From Nitrosopumilales archaeon (GTDB taxonomy: Archaea; Thermoproteota; Nitrososphaeria; Nitrososphaerales; Nitrosopumilaceae): DNA of 64,000 nucleotides. The notes beneath the pieces are model-generated. The model was not told the DNA's origin, did not search any database, and was given only the letters and a program-made list of their open reading frames with translations. Made by a program: the position numbers and the translations under genes. Positions 35,108-45,299 of the stretch are shown here, piece by piece. The stretch lies in NCBI GenBank assembly GCA_016276965.1, contig JADNRU010000001.1, positions 14,499 to 78,498 of the forward strand. The letters run 5' to 3'. The first letter of the stretch is position 1. The number at the start of each line of letters is the position of its first letter.

Positions 35108-35946
35108 TGAAAACACTAATGGTCCAGGGTACTTCTTCTGGTGCTGGTAAAACAACATTAGTTGCTGCACTTTGTAGGATTTTTTCTAATTCAGGAATTT
35201 GTGTTGCTCCTTTCAAATCTCAAAACATGTCAAATTTCTCGTATAAGACTCCAAATTTTGAGATTTCTCGAGCTCAAGCCATTCAAGCAATTGGTGCACG
35301 TTGTAAAATCACCCCTGATTTGAATCCAATTTTATTAAAACCTCTTGGAAATTATTACAGTATTGTATTCTTGCAAGGAAAACGATACAAAAAGATGCAT
35401 GCCACTGATTATTACAATAAATTTGTAAAAACAAAAGGCCTAAAAATTGCAATGGAATCTTTATGGCGGCTAAAAAGAAAATATGATGTCATAATTATTG
35501 AAGGAGCAGGTTCTCCAGCGGAAATTAATCTACAAAAATTTGATATCGTTAACATGAAAATTGCTGAAAGAACACATTCCCCAGTCTTACTAATTACTGA
35601 TATAGATCGGGGAGGTTCTTTTGCAAGTATTGTTGGTACACTTGCATTACTTGATAAGAAATATCAAAAACTTGTCAAAGGTTTTGTAATTAACAAATTT
35701 CGAGGAGATATTAATATTCTCAAACCTGGATTTGTAAAGCTCAAACAAATTACCAAAAGACCAGTTTTTGGAGTAATTCCAATGACAAAGATAGATCTCC
35801 CTGAAGAGGATTCACTTGGTGTAAAACCAAAGCCCATAACATGGAATAAGAAAAACATCGACAAAATTGACAAGGAGATTGACAAGTTAAGTAAATTAGT
35901 AAAGAAAAGTCTAAACCTTAAGGCAATTGAGAGACTGATATATTGA
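35107..35946 (+). CDS. cobQ: Cobyric acid synthase CobQ, ATP-binding synthetase domain only (no glutamine amidotransferase domain)
   Basis: 279 aa. MVQGTSSGAGKTTLVAALCRIF, APFKSQNMS, IIEGAGSPAEINL, DIDRGGSFAS and INKFRGD match the CobQ N-domain. The ORF ends shortly after PEEDSLG, where the GATase domain normally begins. Confidence 0.75.
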   Translation: MKTLMVQGTSSGAGKTTLVAALCRIFSNSGICVAPFKSQNMSNFSYKTPNFEISRAQAIQAIGARCKITPDLNPILLKPLGNYYSIVFLQGKRYKKMHATDYYNKFVKTKGLKIAMESLWRLKRKYDVIIIEGAGSPAEINLQKFDIVNMKIAERTHSPVLLITDIDRGGSFASIVGTLALLDKKYQKLVKGFVINKFRGDINILKPGFVKLKQITKRPVFGVIPMTKIDLPEEDSLGVKPKPITWNKKNIDKIDKEIDKLSKLVKKSLNLKAIERLIY

Positions 35947-36902
35947 TTATTGAATCAATTCTGATTGTTGCATTTGCATTAGGATTAGACTTTGCGGTAG
36001 GCGATCCAAAAAACAAATTTCATCCAACTGCATGGATTGGCAAATTGGTAGCTATTCTAACCCCCCATGCAAAAAAATCTGAAAAACTTGGGGGGGTTTT
36101 GTTGGTGTTAGGTGTAACTAGTATTGTTGTAATCTTAATTGTTTCATTAGAAATTGTGGTTAATCTAGTAACCATAGATTTTATTTCATTAATTGCGTCT
36201 GTTCTTGTTGGAACAATTCTTCTAAAAACAACAATAGCTATTCGAGGAATGGAAAAACATGCACTAGCTGTTGTAAAGTCAGTTGAACAAGACGACATTG
36301 ATAAAGCTAGAGATAATCTTGCTTTGATAGTAAAGAGAAATACCAAGGAATTAGATAAAAATCACATATTATCTGGAGTGCTTGAAAGTGTAAGTGAAAA
36401 TACCGTTGATGGTATTACCGGACCATTATTTTATTATGGACTGTTTGGTTTGCCTGGTGCCTTTGTATATCGAACCATAAACACAATTGATTCCATGATT
36501 GGATACAAGAATTCAATTTTCAAAAATGTAGGATGGTTTGGTGCATACAGTGATAAAGTTCTAAACTATATTCCAGCAAGATTAACCGCATTTGTGATGG
36601 TTTTAGGTGCAATGATAATTGGTATTGATTGGAAACAATCTTACCATATAATGATACGAGATGGCTCAAATACCGAATCTCCAAATGCTGGCTTTCCAAT
36701 GGCGGCTTTGGCAGGAGCTCTACAAACAAAGTTTGAAAAAATTGATCATTATACACTTGGAGAAGGAAATCAAGAACTTACTAAAGAACACATAACATCA
36801 GGAATTGCTTTAATGAAAGTTACATCAGTCCTTTTTTGTGGTATTGTAACAATTCCAATCATAGTAGTGTTATCATATTTAGGATGGTGGATTCATGCTT
36901 AA
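35943..36902 (+). CDS. cbiB: Adenosylcobinamide-phosphate synthase (CbiB/CobD membrane protein)
   Basis: 319 aa. GDPKNKFHPTAWIGK, DSMIGYKN and ESPNAGFPMAALAGAL motifs. Confidence 0.9.
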   Translation: MIIESILIVAFALGLDFAVGDPKNKFHPTAWIGKLVAILTPHAKKSEKLGGVLLVLGVTSIVVILIVSLEIVVNLVTIDFISLIASVLVGTILLKTTIAIRGMEKHALAVVKSVEQDDIDKARDNLALIVKRNTKELDKNHILSGVLESVSENTVDGITGPLFYYGLFGLPGAFVYRTINTIDSMIGYKNSIFKNVGWFGAYSDKVLNYIPARLTAFVMVLGAMIIGIDWKQSYHIMIRDGSNTESPNAGFPMAALAGALQTKFEKIDHYTLGEGNQELTKEHITSGIALMKVTSVLFCGIVTIPIIVVLSYLGWWIHA

Positions 36903-37623
36903 GGAAATTAGTTCTGTATTTTCTTTTTTAACTATAATTCCAACAAGAAATGCAAATCTTGTAACAATTGCAAAGTACATGTATCTATTTCCACTTGTTG
37001 GTATAGCAATTGGACTTTTAGTGGGAGGATTTGGTTTTGGATTATCCTTTGTCGGTCTTGAACCACTAGTTGTTGGACTGTTGGTAATGGGAGCCATTGC
37101 ATTAATCACTGGAATTCATCACATGGATGGTCTTGCTGACTTTGCAGATGGATTAATGACTAAGGGAACAAAAGAGAAAAAGCTTCAAGCAATGAAAGAT
37201 CTGTCAACTGGTTCAGCTGGAATTGTTACAATTGTGTTGTATATTGTTGGAATGATTATTGCTCTTTCATTAGCTGAAGGATATCTGTTATTTCAAGCAA
37301 TTCTAGTTAGTGAAATAATGGCAAAATTCTCGATGGTATTGTTGGCAAGCACTGGACAGTCTGCAGCCCCAGGATCAAATTCACCGTTTGTACAACTAAT
37401 GAAGGACAAGAAAAAGCTTGTAGCATCAATCGCGTTAACCATAATTCCTCTAGTAATTGTAGCAGGAAGTACAGGAATGATTGTTTTTGCTTCTGGTGTT
37501 ATTCTAACTTTTTTCATAGGGAGTATTTCAGCTAGAAGTTTTGGAGGAATTACCGGTGACGTATTGGGAGCAACAAACGAATTAACAAGATTATCCTCTC
37601 TTTTGATTTTTGTTACAATATGA
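36895..37623 (+). CDS. cobS: Adenosylcobinamide-GDP ribazoletransferase (cobalamin 5'-phosphate synthase)
   Basis: 242 aa polytopic protein. FSFLTIIP, GIHHMDGLADFADG and GGITGDVLGA motifs. Confidence 0.9.
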   Translation: MLKEISSVFSFLTIIPTRNANLVTIAKYMYLFPLVGIAIGLLVGGFGFGLSFVGLEPLVVGLLVMGAIALITGIHHMDGLADFADGLMTKGTKEKKLQAMKDLSTGSAGIVTIVLYIVGMIIALSLAEGYLLFQAILVSEIMAKFSMVLLASTGQSAAPGSNSPFVQLMKDKKKLVASIALTIIPLVIVAGSTGMIVFASGVILTFFIGSISARSFGGITGDVLGATNELTRLSSLLIFVTI

Positions 37624-38204
37624 TTGGTCTTGTCATGGCAGGCGGCAAAGGAAGCCGAATGAAAATTGATGATGAAAAATTACTATTAAAATATGTTCAT
37701 CCCACCATTCTTCATGTAATATTTGCATTACAAAACTCCGAATGTTTTTCTAAAATAATTGCTGCTTCAAGTCCTCATTCTCCAAAAACAAAAGAAATGA
37801 TACAAAATGCTGGAATTGAAATTTTTGAAACTCCAGGAGATGGTTATGTCAAAGATCTAAACCTTGTTTTAAAGTCCATTAATGATGACATTTTTGTCGT
37901 GTCTGGAGATCTAGCACTATTAGATGAAGAAATTGTCACAAAAATTGTAAAGGCACACAATCCTGATGGTCTTTGGACGAGCTATTTAGTTACCAAAGAT
38001 TTTGCAAATTCATTGGGTTTAAAGCCAAAATATGCGATTACTTTTCAAAATAAGGAGTGTTATTTTACAGGAATCTCAATTGTTAATGCAAAAGAGATTA
38101 ATAATCTTGATTCAGTTGAAGAAATTTACCATATACTAAATGATAAAAGAATTGCTTTTAATTTAAACACTAAAGAAGACTACAACTTACTTGGCAGTTC
38201 CTGA
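37620..38204 (+). CDS. cobY: Adenosylcobinamide-phosphate guanylyltransferase, archaeal CobY type (NTP-transferase fold)
   Basis: 194 aa. N-terminus GLVMAGGKGSRM. It lies directly after cobS with overlapping stop/start. Confidence 0.75.
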   Translation: MIGLVMAGGKGSRMKIDDEKLLLKYVHPTILHVIFALQNSECFSKIIAASSPHSPKTKEMIQNAGIEIFETPGDGYVKDLNLVLKSINDDIFVVSGDLALLDEEIVTKIVKAHNPDGLWTSYLVTKDFANSLGLKPKYAITFQNKECYFTGISIVNAKEINNLDSVEEIYHILNDKRIAFNLNTKEDYNLLGSS

Positions 38205-38384
38205 AACTTTGCCGTGTAGTTCAGCTACGGCACCTGTTGGTTCAGCAATAAAATTACCACACGATTTGCAAGTTACTTTTGTTGATGCATGTGAATAAAC
38301 AATATTTTCTTCATTGCATTCTTTACACTTTACTTTTAGAAATTTGCTACTTGGTTCAGGTATGAGAATATGTTCTTTTTTCAA
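38187..38384 (-). CDS. rps27e: 30S ribosomal protein S27e
   Basis: 65 aa. FLKVKCKECNEENIVYSHASTKVTCKSCGNFIAEPTG is the eS27 zinc ribbon. Confidence 0.9.
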   Translation of the reverse strand: MKKEHILIPEPSSKFLKVKCKECNEENIVYSHASTKVTCKSCGNFIAEPTGAVAELHGKVSGTAK

Positions 38385-38662
38385 TGTGCTATCAACTCAA
38401 CTTTTCGGATTCTAATTCCACGTTTATTCCATTTCTTTTTGCAAACTGTGCAAGTTAATATCGGCGTCCATTTTTTTGTTGTTTTAGCAGGCTTTGCAAG
38501 TTTTGGGAATTTCTGTCCCCCGTACCCTTTTTTGTCCTCAGCATGGCGTCGTTCACCAAGAGCAGAACCTCTTCTTTTACCTGGCTTGTAAGTGGAAACC
38601 TTCTGCTTTGTATGCTTATTACATTTAGGACAAAATCTCATAATCTCTTTGGGCACGTTCAT
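38381..38662 (-). CDS. rpl44e: 50S ribosomal protein L44e (eL42)
   Basis: MNVPKEIMRFCPKCNKHTKQKVSTYKPGKRRGSALGERRHAEDKKGYGGQ...CTVCKK. The start is set at the ATG at 38662, since the track's 66-codon extension is unsupported. Confidence 0.9.
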   Translation of the reverse strand: MNVPKEIMRFCPKCNKHTKQKVSTYKPGKRRGSALGERRHAEDKKGYGGQKFPKLAKPAKTTKKWTPILTCTVCKKKWNKRGIRIRKVELIAH

Positions 38663-38735
38663 AAAGAAATGCCAATCTTGACGGTAATTTAAACATCGCT
38701 TTGAATCTATAATAGTTCCAAAAATAAATGAATGT

Positions 38736-40496
38736 GTGCAGAAACTTTCATCGACTATCTCTTCTTTGAATGCAGTGGCGATGGGAGATAAACCTGCAGA
38801 TTTAGTTTTGAAAAATTGTTCTCTAGTAAACGTATACACAAAGGAAATTTTAAATAACATCCAAATTTCGATCGTTAACGAACGAATTGCATATGTTGGT
38901 AGTGATGCCTCCCATACTATAGGAAAAAAGACTGTTGTAATTGATTTAAAAGGAAAATACGTTACTCCAGGATTTGCAGACCCTCATACACATGTTGATC
39001 AATTTGTCTTACCATCTGAACTTGCAAAAAAATCTCTTTTATGTGGAGTTACCTCACTTTTTTCTGATCCAATTGATATTGTCAGTGTTTGTGGGTACAA
39101 AGGATTTAGAGAATTTGTAAGACTAACAGAAAATTTGCCAGCAAGATTTTTTCATGTTGTCCCTGGAGGCCTACCCGTAGACAGAAAATTTAGTCATGGA
39201 AAAACTTTAAGTCATTCTCAAGAAAAGTCTGCAGTAAAGCATCCAAGTGTTGTGGGTCTTGGTGAAGTTTTTTCATGGACCAAAGTCACAACAAGGGACT
39301 CAAAAACAATGAAAACTTTGTCTACAATGCTTGAAAATGATTGTATCATAAATGGCCATACTGCAGGAGCATCAGGTAAAAAACTTAATGCGTATGTTTC
39401 ATCTGGAATACTTTCATGTCATGAACCGATTAACTATGATCAAGTAATTGAAAGACTACGTCTTGGAATGTGGGTAATGATTAGAGAAGGTTCCATTAGA
39501 AGAGACTTGAAAGAAATTTTACCACGTATAATGTCTGAAGGTATTTTTATGGATAGGTTGATGTTTTGTTCTGATGGATTAGATCCTTCAGATATTTCAA
39601 AATATGGCCATATTGATCATAGTATTAGGGAAGCTGTAAAGTTAGGATTAGATCCCGTTATCGCAATCACAATTGCCTCAAGAAACACTTTTGATTATTA
39701 TAAAATGAGCAAAGATTTGGGGGGAATTGCTCCAGGCAAATTAGCTGACATTTTGGTATTTGATTATCTTACCACAATGAAACCAAACAAAGTCTTCGTT
39801 GGTGGTAAACTTGTGGTATCAAATGGAAAAATTGTTTCTAAGGTAAAAAAGAAGTCTATACCTAGATGGATTACAAAGACAGTAAAATTAAAAAAATTTT
39901 CAGAAAAAGACTTTGAATTAAAATCCAAATCTAACTCTGTTAATGCAAATTTGATTACCATGGTATCTGAAATTATAACACAAAAAGATCAAGCTGAACT
40001 TTATACAAAAAACGGTAATGTCTCTGCTTCATTTGATAAAGACATATGGAAAGTTGCAGCCTTTGATAGAATCTATGGCTCAAGAAAACATTCTATAGGA
40101 TTTTTGAAAAATTTTGGAGCCCAAATAGGGGCATTTGCCTCAACTTGGGGCTTTCATGAAAATGATTTGATTGTCATTGGACAAAACGAAAAAGATATGG
40201 CAGCGGCTGCTAATAATTTGATTGAAACTCAAGGAGGCTTGGTGGTCATAAAAGATAAGAAAACCGTGGCATCAATTCCATTACCAATTGGAGGAATTAT
40301 TTCCTCTGATTCCTTTGAAAAAACATCACAAAACTTTGAAAAGCTAAACTCCACAATAATTGATGCAGGATGCAAATTCAAAAGACCTCACCTAATACCC
40401 CTTTTCTTGCCTTTTCTTGCATTACCCTCAATTAGGATTCTTTTTAGTGGAATAGTTGATGTCAAAAAAAGATCCTTTATTCCACCAATTAACTAG
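38736..40496 (+). CDS. ade: Adenine deaminase-like amidohydrolase
   Basis: 586 aa. LVLKNCSLVNVYT..., GFADPHTHVD (HxH), and a size and C-terminal domain consistent with the Ade family. The start may be the M at 38781. Confidence 0.75.
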   Translation: MQKLSSTISSLNAVAMGDKPADLVLKNCSLVNVYTKEILNNIQISIVNERIAYVGSDASHTIGKKTVVIDLKGKYVTPGFADPHTHVDQFVLPSELAKKSLLCGVTSLFSDPIDIVSVCGYKGFREFVRLTENLPARFFHVVPGGLPVDRKFSHGKTLSHSQEKSAVKHPSVVGLGEVFSWTKVTTRDSKTMKTLSTMLENDCIINGHTAGASGKKLNAYVSSGILSCHEPINYDQVIERLRLGMWVMIREGSIRRDLKEILPRIMSEGIFMDRLMFCSDGLDPSDISKYGHIDHSIREAVKLGLDPVIAITIASRNTFDYYKMSKDLGGIAPGKLADILVFDYLTTMKPNKVFVGGKLVVSNGKIVSKVKKKSIPRWITKTVKLKKFSEKDFELKSKSNSVNANLITMVSEIITQKDQAELYTKNGNVSASFDKDIWKVAAFDRIYGSRKHSIGFLKNFGAQIGAFASTWGFHENDLIVIGQNEKDMAAAANNLIETQGGLVVIKDKKTVASIPLPIGGIISSDSFEKTSQNFEKLNSTIIDAGCKFKRPHLIPLFLPFLALPSIRILFSGIVDVKKRSFIPPIN

Positions 40497-40541
40497 GAAA
40501 TGTTAAAAAGGGGCATTAAAAGAAGACCCACTGCAAATTAA

Positions 40542-42170
40542 ATGGCTTCAATTCAACAAACCCCTCAAGGTCCAGTGTTAGTATTAAAAGAAAGTGCTCT
40601 TCAGCAAAAAGGAAAAGATGCCCAGAAAAATAATATTGCTGCTGCAAAATTAGTTGCAGAATTAGTTAAATCCAGTTTAGGTCCTCGTGGTCTAGATAAA
40701 ATGTTAGTCGACCCTATAGGAGATGTCACTATTACAAATGACGGGGCTACAATCCTAAAAGAAATAGACGTGCAGCATCCTGCAGCAAAAATGATGGTTG
40801 AGATTGCTAAAACAACTGATAATGAAGTAGGAGACGGAACTACATCCTCAGTTGTTGTCGCAGGTGCTTTACTAGAAAAAGCCGAACAATTATTGAATAA
40901 AGATGTTCATTCTTCTGTAATAGTAGAAGGATATCAGGCAGCATCTGACAAAACACTCGAACTACTCTCTCAAATAGCTAAATCCATTCTTCCTGATGAT
41001 AGAAATTCATTACTTAAAATTGCAAAAACTAGTATGGAATCGAAATTAATTTCAGACGATAGCGATTTAATTTCAAAAATCGTTGTTGATGCAGTCTTAA
41101 AAATTGCCATAAAAAAAGAACAAAAATACACAGTTGATTTAGACAACATAAAGGTGGAAAAGAAAGCCGGAAGTTCAATTCAAGACACCACTATGATAAA
41201 AGGAATAGTATTGGACAAAGAAATTGTTCATAGTGGGATGCCAACTAAAATAGAAAAAGCAAGAATTGCTCTTATCAATTCCCCATTAGAAGTTGAAAAA
41301 ACGGAAATGAGTGCAGAAATCAGAATTACTGATCCAGCACAAATGCAGATGTTCTTAGAAGAAGAAAACAGAATGCTAAAAACAATGGTAGATAAAATCC
41401 ATGCAGTTGGAGCAAACGTTCTCATCTGCCAAAAAGGTATTGATGATATTGCTCAGCATTATCTAGCAAAACACGGAATCTTAGCAGTTAGACGAGTAAA
41501 AGAAAGTGATATGACAAAACTAACCAAAGCTACGGGAGGAAGAATTTCAACTAATCTTGATGACCTGTCAGAAAAAGACCTAGGCTTTGCAGACATAGTT
41601 CATCAGAAAAAAGTCGAGTCCGACAAATGGGTATTCATTGAAGGCTGCAGAAACCCACTATCTGTAACTCTATTGATTAGAGGTGGTTCACAAAGAGTTG
41701 TAGATGAAGTTGATCGTTCTATTCATGATGCATTAATGGTAGTAAAAGATGTAATAGAAACCCCTTTAATTGTTGGAGGTGGCGGTGCACCAGAAGCTTA
41801 TGTAGCATCACATCTTAAAGAATGGGCAAATAAATTTGAAGGAAGAGTACAACTTGCAATTAAGAAATATGCTGAAGCATTGGAAACTATTCCATTAACT
41901 ATTGCAGAGAATGCTGGAATGGATCCTCTTGATACTATGGTAAATCTAAGGGCAAAACAAAGTCAAGGACATAAATGGACAGGAATTGATGCAAAAAAAA
42001 CCGAAGTAGCCGATATGTTTTCCCAAGACATTGTAGAACCTCTTGTTGTAAAAGAACAAATAATAAAATCAGCAACAGAGGCTGCATGTATGATTCTCAG
42101 AATTGATGATGTAATTTCTATAGGCTCTTCAGGTGGACCTGGAGGAGCTGGTGGACCACCACCAATGTAA
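40542..42170 (+). CDS. ths: Thermosome subunit (group II chaperonin)
   Basis: 542 aa. [27 protein letters not shown] and VGGGGAPE, with a Gly/Pro-rich tail ending in M. Confidence 0.95.
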   Translation: MASIQQTPQGPVLVLKESALQQKGKDAQKNNIAAAKLVAELVKSSLGPRGLDKMLVDPIGDVTITNDGATILKEIDVQHPAAKMMVEIAKTTDNEVGDGTTSSVVVAGALLEKAEQLLNKDVHSSVIVEGYQAASDKTLELLSQIAKSILPDDRNSLLKIAKTSMESKLISDDSDLISKIVVDAVLKIAIKKEQKYTVDLDNIKVEKKAGSSIQDTTMIKGIVLDKEIVHSGMPTKIEKARIALINSPLEVEKTEMSAEIRITDPAQMQMFLEEENRMLKTMVDKIHAVGANVLICQKGIDDIAQHYLAKHGILAVRRVKESDMTKLTKATGGRISTNLDDLSEKDLGFADIVHQKKVESDKWVFIEGCRNPLSVTLLIRGGSQRVVDEVDRSIHDALMVVKDVIETPLIVGGGGAPEAYVASHLKEWANKFEGRVQLAIKKYAEALETIPLTIAENAGMDPLDTMVNLRAKQSQGHKWTGIDAKKTEVADMFSQDIVEPLVVKEQIIKSATEAACMILRIDDVISIGSSGGPGGAGGPPPM

Positions 42171-42245
42171 AAAATCAGGAAATTTTGTAATTTTTCATTT
42201 GAGACATACAAAAAAAGAAATTCTACTGTGCCCAATTAAAAGTAA

Positions 42246-42422
42246 ATGAGCTATCATCCTAGTAACTATCTAGATAATAAAACAAAACTAGAAATCGAGA
42301 AGGCCTTATTATTCCTTAAAAAAGTAAGATGGAAAAATGAAGATGAAGTTTATGATAAAATTGCAGAAGATTTTGATGTTCCAAAAACTGCAGTTAAAGA
42401 GATAGCTAAAAAATTAACGTAG
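42246..42422 (+). CDS. Possible small helical protein (58 aa), not in the ORF track
   Basis: Manual translation gives MSYHPSNYLDNKTKLEIEKALLFLKKVRWKNEDEVYDKIAEDFDVPKTAVKEIAKKLT-stop, with an HTH-like C-terminal half. Confidence 0.3.
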   Translation: MSYHPSNYLDNKTKLEIEKALLFLKKVRWKNEDEVYDKIAEDFDVPKTAVKEIAKKLT

Positions 42423-42500
42423 GGATAAACAAATCCCTTTTAAAAACAAATATGAAATTCAAGTAACAGAATTTTTAAAATAATAAAGCTATAAGGAATT

Positions 42501-42746
42501 ATGGCATTTGCTTACATTCTAATTAAATGCAAAACTAGCTTTGAAAATCAAATAATTGAAAAACTACTTCAAATTAAAGAGGTAAAAGATGTCAAGGGTA
42601 TATTTGGAGAATATGATATTTTTGTAAAATTAGAAACAGATTCACAACAAAAAATAGAAGAAATTATAACAAAAAAAATCCGAAAAATTCCTTACATTAC
42701 TACAACTAATTCACTTAGTCCAACAACTTCTGATGATCAAATATAA
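42501..42746 (+). CDS. Stand-alone Lrp/AsnC-type RAM-domain protein
   Basis: 81 aa. MAFAYILIKCKTSFENQIIEKLLQIKEVKDVKGIFGEYDIFVKLE parallels the ORF at 5491. Confidence 0.6.
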   Translation: MAFAYILIKCKTSFENQIIEKLLQIKEVKDVKGIFGEYDIFVKLETDSQQKIEEIITKKIRKIPYITTTNSLSPTTSDDQI

Positions 42747-42779
42747 AAACTTCAAAACCGATGTTTGTAGTCTAAGACC

Positions 42780-43649
42780 TTGTTTAAAATAGGAATCGAT
42801 CTTGGAGGAACCAAAATCGAAAGTATACTTTTAGATCAAAAGCTAAATGTAGTAGAGCGAACAAGAATTCCAACTAACCAAGAAAAAGGTTACAATTCTA
42901 TCATTGAATCCATTGTTAAAATAGTAACTGACCTTAAGAAAAAAACAAACGAAAAAACAACAATTGGATTAAGTACGCCAGGGGCAATTTCAAAAAAAAC
43001 AGGCTTAATAAAAAATAGCAATACTCAATGTCTCATTGGAAAATCATTAGCAAATGATCTTGAACAAGCATTAAAGCAAAATATTCGCATGGAAAATGAT
43101 GCAAATTGTTTTACATTAGCAGAGAGTAAGTTGGGAGCTGCAAAAAATTACAATATGGTTTTTGGAGTAATTATGGGAACAGGAATAGGTGGAGGAATAG
43201 TATTAAATGGAAAATTGCTCAAAGGTAGGACAAATATTGCAGGTGAATGGGGTCATCATACTCTAAAAATAGGTGGTAACAAATGTTATTGTGGAAAAAA
43301 TGGATGTGTTGAGACCTACATTAGTGGTCCAGCATTAGAAAAAAGATGGAAAGAATTAACAGGAAAAACCGAATCTCTGTCTTCAATAGTACAAAATCTA
43401 ACTAGTGATACTGCAAAGCAGTGGAAAATTGAATTTTTAGAAAACTTTGGAACAAGTTTGGCAAACGTAATTGATATCTTAGACCCTGATGTCATTGTTT
43501 TAGGAGGAGGAGTTTCAAACATTTCCTTTCTTTATGATGAGGGAAAGAATAGTGTTTATGAAAAAGTTTTCTCGGATTTGATTGATACACCAATTTTAAA
43601 AAACCAGTTAGGAGATTCGGCAGGAGTTTTTGGTGCTAGTTTATTATGA
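42780..43649 (+). CDS. ROK-family sugar kinase (glucokinase / N-acetylglucosamine kinase-like)
   Basis: TTG start. IGIDLGGTKIE, GTGIGGGIV and the zinc motif GEWGHHTL...CYCGKNGCVETY. Confidence 0.85.
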   Translation: MFKIGIDLGGTKIESILLDQKLNVVERTRIPTNQEKGYNSIIESIVKIVTDLKKKTNEKTTIGLSTPGAISKKTGLIKNSNTQCLIGKSLANDLEQALKQNIRMENDANCFTLAESKLGAAKNYNMVFGVIMGTGIGGGIVLNGKLLKGRTNIAGEWGHHTLKIGGNKCYCGKNGCVETYISGPALEKRWKELTGKTESLSSIVQNLTSDTAKQWKIEFLENFGTSLANVIDILDPDVIVLGGGVSNISFLYDEGKNSVYEKVFSDLIDTPILKNQLGDSAGVFGASLL

Positions 43650-43751
43650 TAGAGGAGAATTCATTTGATTCATTCATCCATTTAGTCTGATAATATTGGC
43701 TGTTGGAATTTTTGTTGGTACAAGAATTTGGATTGCGTTTAAAAATAACTA

Positions 43752-45299
43752 TTATTGAGGCTCAATAGTTGCAGGCGGTTTACTAGAGACCACATAAGAA
43801 ACCCATGTCACATCGTCAATTTCATTTGTTATTCTGTTACTGATCTTTTCTAATAATCCATGGGGAAGTCTTGTCCAATCTGCCGTCATTGCGTCAACTG
43901 AATCTACTACACGAATCATTACAATATTTCCGTATTTTCTTTCGTCTCCAACAACTCCAACTGCTTTATCATCTCCAACTGCAGCATATGCTTGCCAAAC
44001 TTTATCGTATAACTCCGCATCTTCTAACTCTTCTTCAACTATTTTACTTGCAATTTTTGCTATCTGTAATTTTTTTTCGGTAATTTCTCCAATGATTCTT
44101 ACAGCAAGACCGGGGCCTGGAAAGGGATGACGAATAAGTAATAGCTTTGGTACGCCAAGGATTTCTCCTATTTTTCTTACTTCATCTTTATACAAATCTC
44201 TTAATGGTTCTAAGATTTCAAGCTTTAACCAATCAGGCAATCCTCCAACATTATGATGTGTTTTAATAACTGATGCAGGTCCTTTAGAAACCCCACTTTC
44301 AATTACATCCGGATACAATGTACCTTGTGCCAGCCACTTGAACGGTCCATTTTTTTCTGCAAAATCAGTAAAGATCCTAATAAATTCTTCACCAATTATT
44401 TTCCTTTTTTGCTCTGGATCAATTATTCCTTTTAGTTTTTTAAGAAATTCTTCTTTTGCATTAATTGAATTAAAATTTACAGAAAAATTTTTTGTGAACA
44501 TCTCTTCTATTTCTTTTTCTTCATTTTTTCTCAAAAGTCCGTTATCAACAAAAATACATTTCAATCTATCACCTATTGCTTTGTGAATCAGCAATGCTGT
44601 AACTGTAGAATCAACTCCACCACTGACCGCACACAAAACATTTCCTTCAATTTTAGAAATTTTCTCGACAGAATTTTCTACAAAGGTTTTCATAGTCCAT
44701 TCTTGTTTTGCACCACAAATCTTTAATGCAAAATTTTTTAGGATTTGAGTTCCTTGTTCAGTATGAACTACTTCTGGATGAAATTGAATTCCAAAAATAG
44801 AACCACTTTTGTTTGCAATAGCAGCAGCCTGAGCAGATTCTGTATGCCCAATAATTTCAAATCCAGTTGGTACTTGTTCAGCTTCATCTCCATGGCTCAT
44901 CCAAGCACGAATTGATTCACTAATTCCACCAAGTAAATTAGTGTCATTATCTATGGTAAGCATCGAAGAGCCATATTCTTTGTTGGCTCGCTTTACTTTG
45001 CCCCCAAACTGATTTACAATTAATTGGTGTCCATAACATATTCCCAATAGAGGTATTTTCATATCAAAAATCCCTTTATCAGGAATAGGGGCATCCGATT
45101 TGTAAACACTGGATGGTCCCCCCGAAAAAATTATTCCCTTTGGTTCTAATTTTTTAAGCTCTTCAAGAGAAATATCAAAGGGAACTAATTCTGAATATAC
45201 TGAAAACTCACGCATTCTTCTACAAATTAGATGACTGTACTGAGATCCAAAATCTAATACGATAATTTTATCCATAAGATCACTTTTTCGAATTATCAA
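43752..45299 (-). CDS. guaA: GMP synthase (glutamine-hydrolysing), fused GATase + ATP-pyrophosphatase
   Basis: 515 aa. GICYGHQL (catalytic Cys), FHPEV, SGGVDSTV (P-loop) and the C-terminal KPPATIEPQ. Confidence 0.95.
   Translation of the reverse strand: MIIRKSDLMDKIIVLDFGSQYSHLICRRMREFSVYSELVPFDISLEELKKLEPKGIIFSGGPSSVYKSDAPIPDKGIFDMKIPLLGICYGHQLIVNQFGGKVKRANKEYGSSMLTIDNDTNLLGGISESIRAWMSHGDEAEQVPTGFEIIGHTESAQAAAIANKSGSIFGIQFHPEVVHTEQGTQILKNFALKICGAKQEWTMKTFVENSVEKISKIEGNVLCAVSGGVDSTVTALLIHKAIGDRLKCIFVDNGLLRKNEEKEIEEMFTKNFSVNFNSINAKEEFLKKLKGIIDPEQKRKIIGEEFIRIFTDFAEKNGPFKWLAQGTLYPDVIESGVSKGPASVIKTHHNVGGLPDWLKLEILEPLRDLYKDEVRKIGEILGVPKLLLIRHPFPGPGLAVRIIGEITEKKLQIAKIASKIVEEELEDAELYDKVWQAYAAVGDDKAVGVVGDERKYGNIVMIRVVDSVDAMTADWTRLPHGLLEKISNRITNEIDDVTWVSYVVSSKPPATIEPQ

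Noticed and set aside
38663-38860. 66-codon N-terminal extension of the L44e ORF, and the overlapping ORF at 38370-38591
   Set aside because: The L44e family begins at MNVPKEI... (ATG at 38662). The extension overlaps the adenine-deaminase gene start and has no ribosomal-protein similarity. 38370-38591 is antisense to rpl44e.
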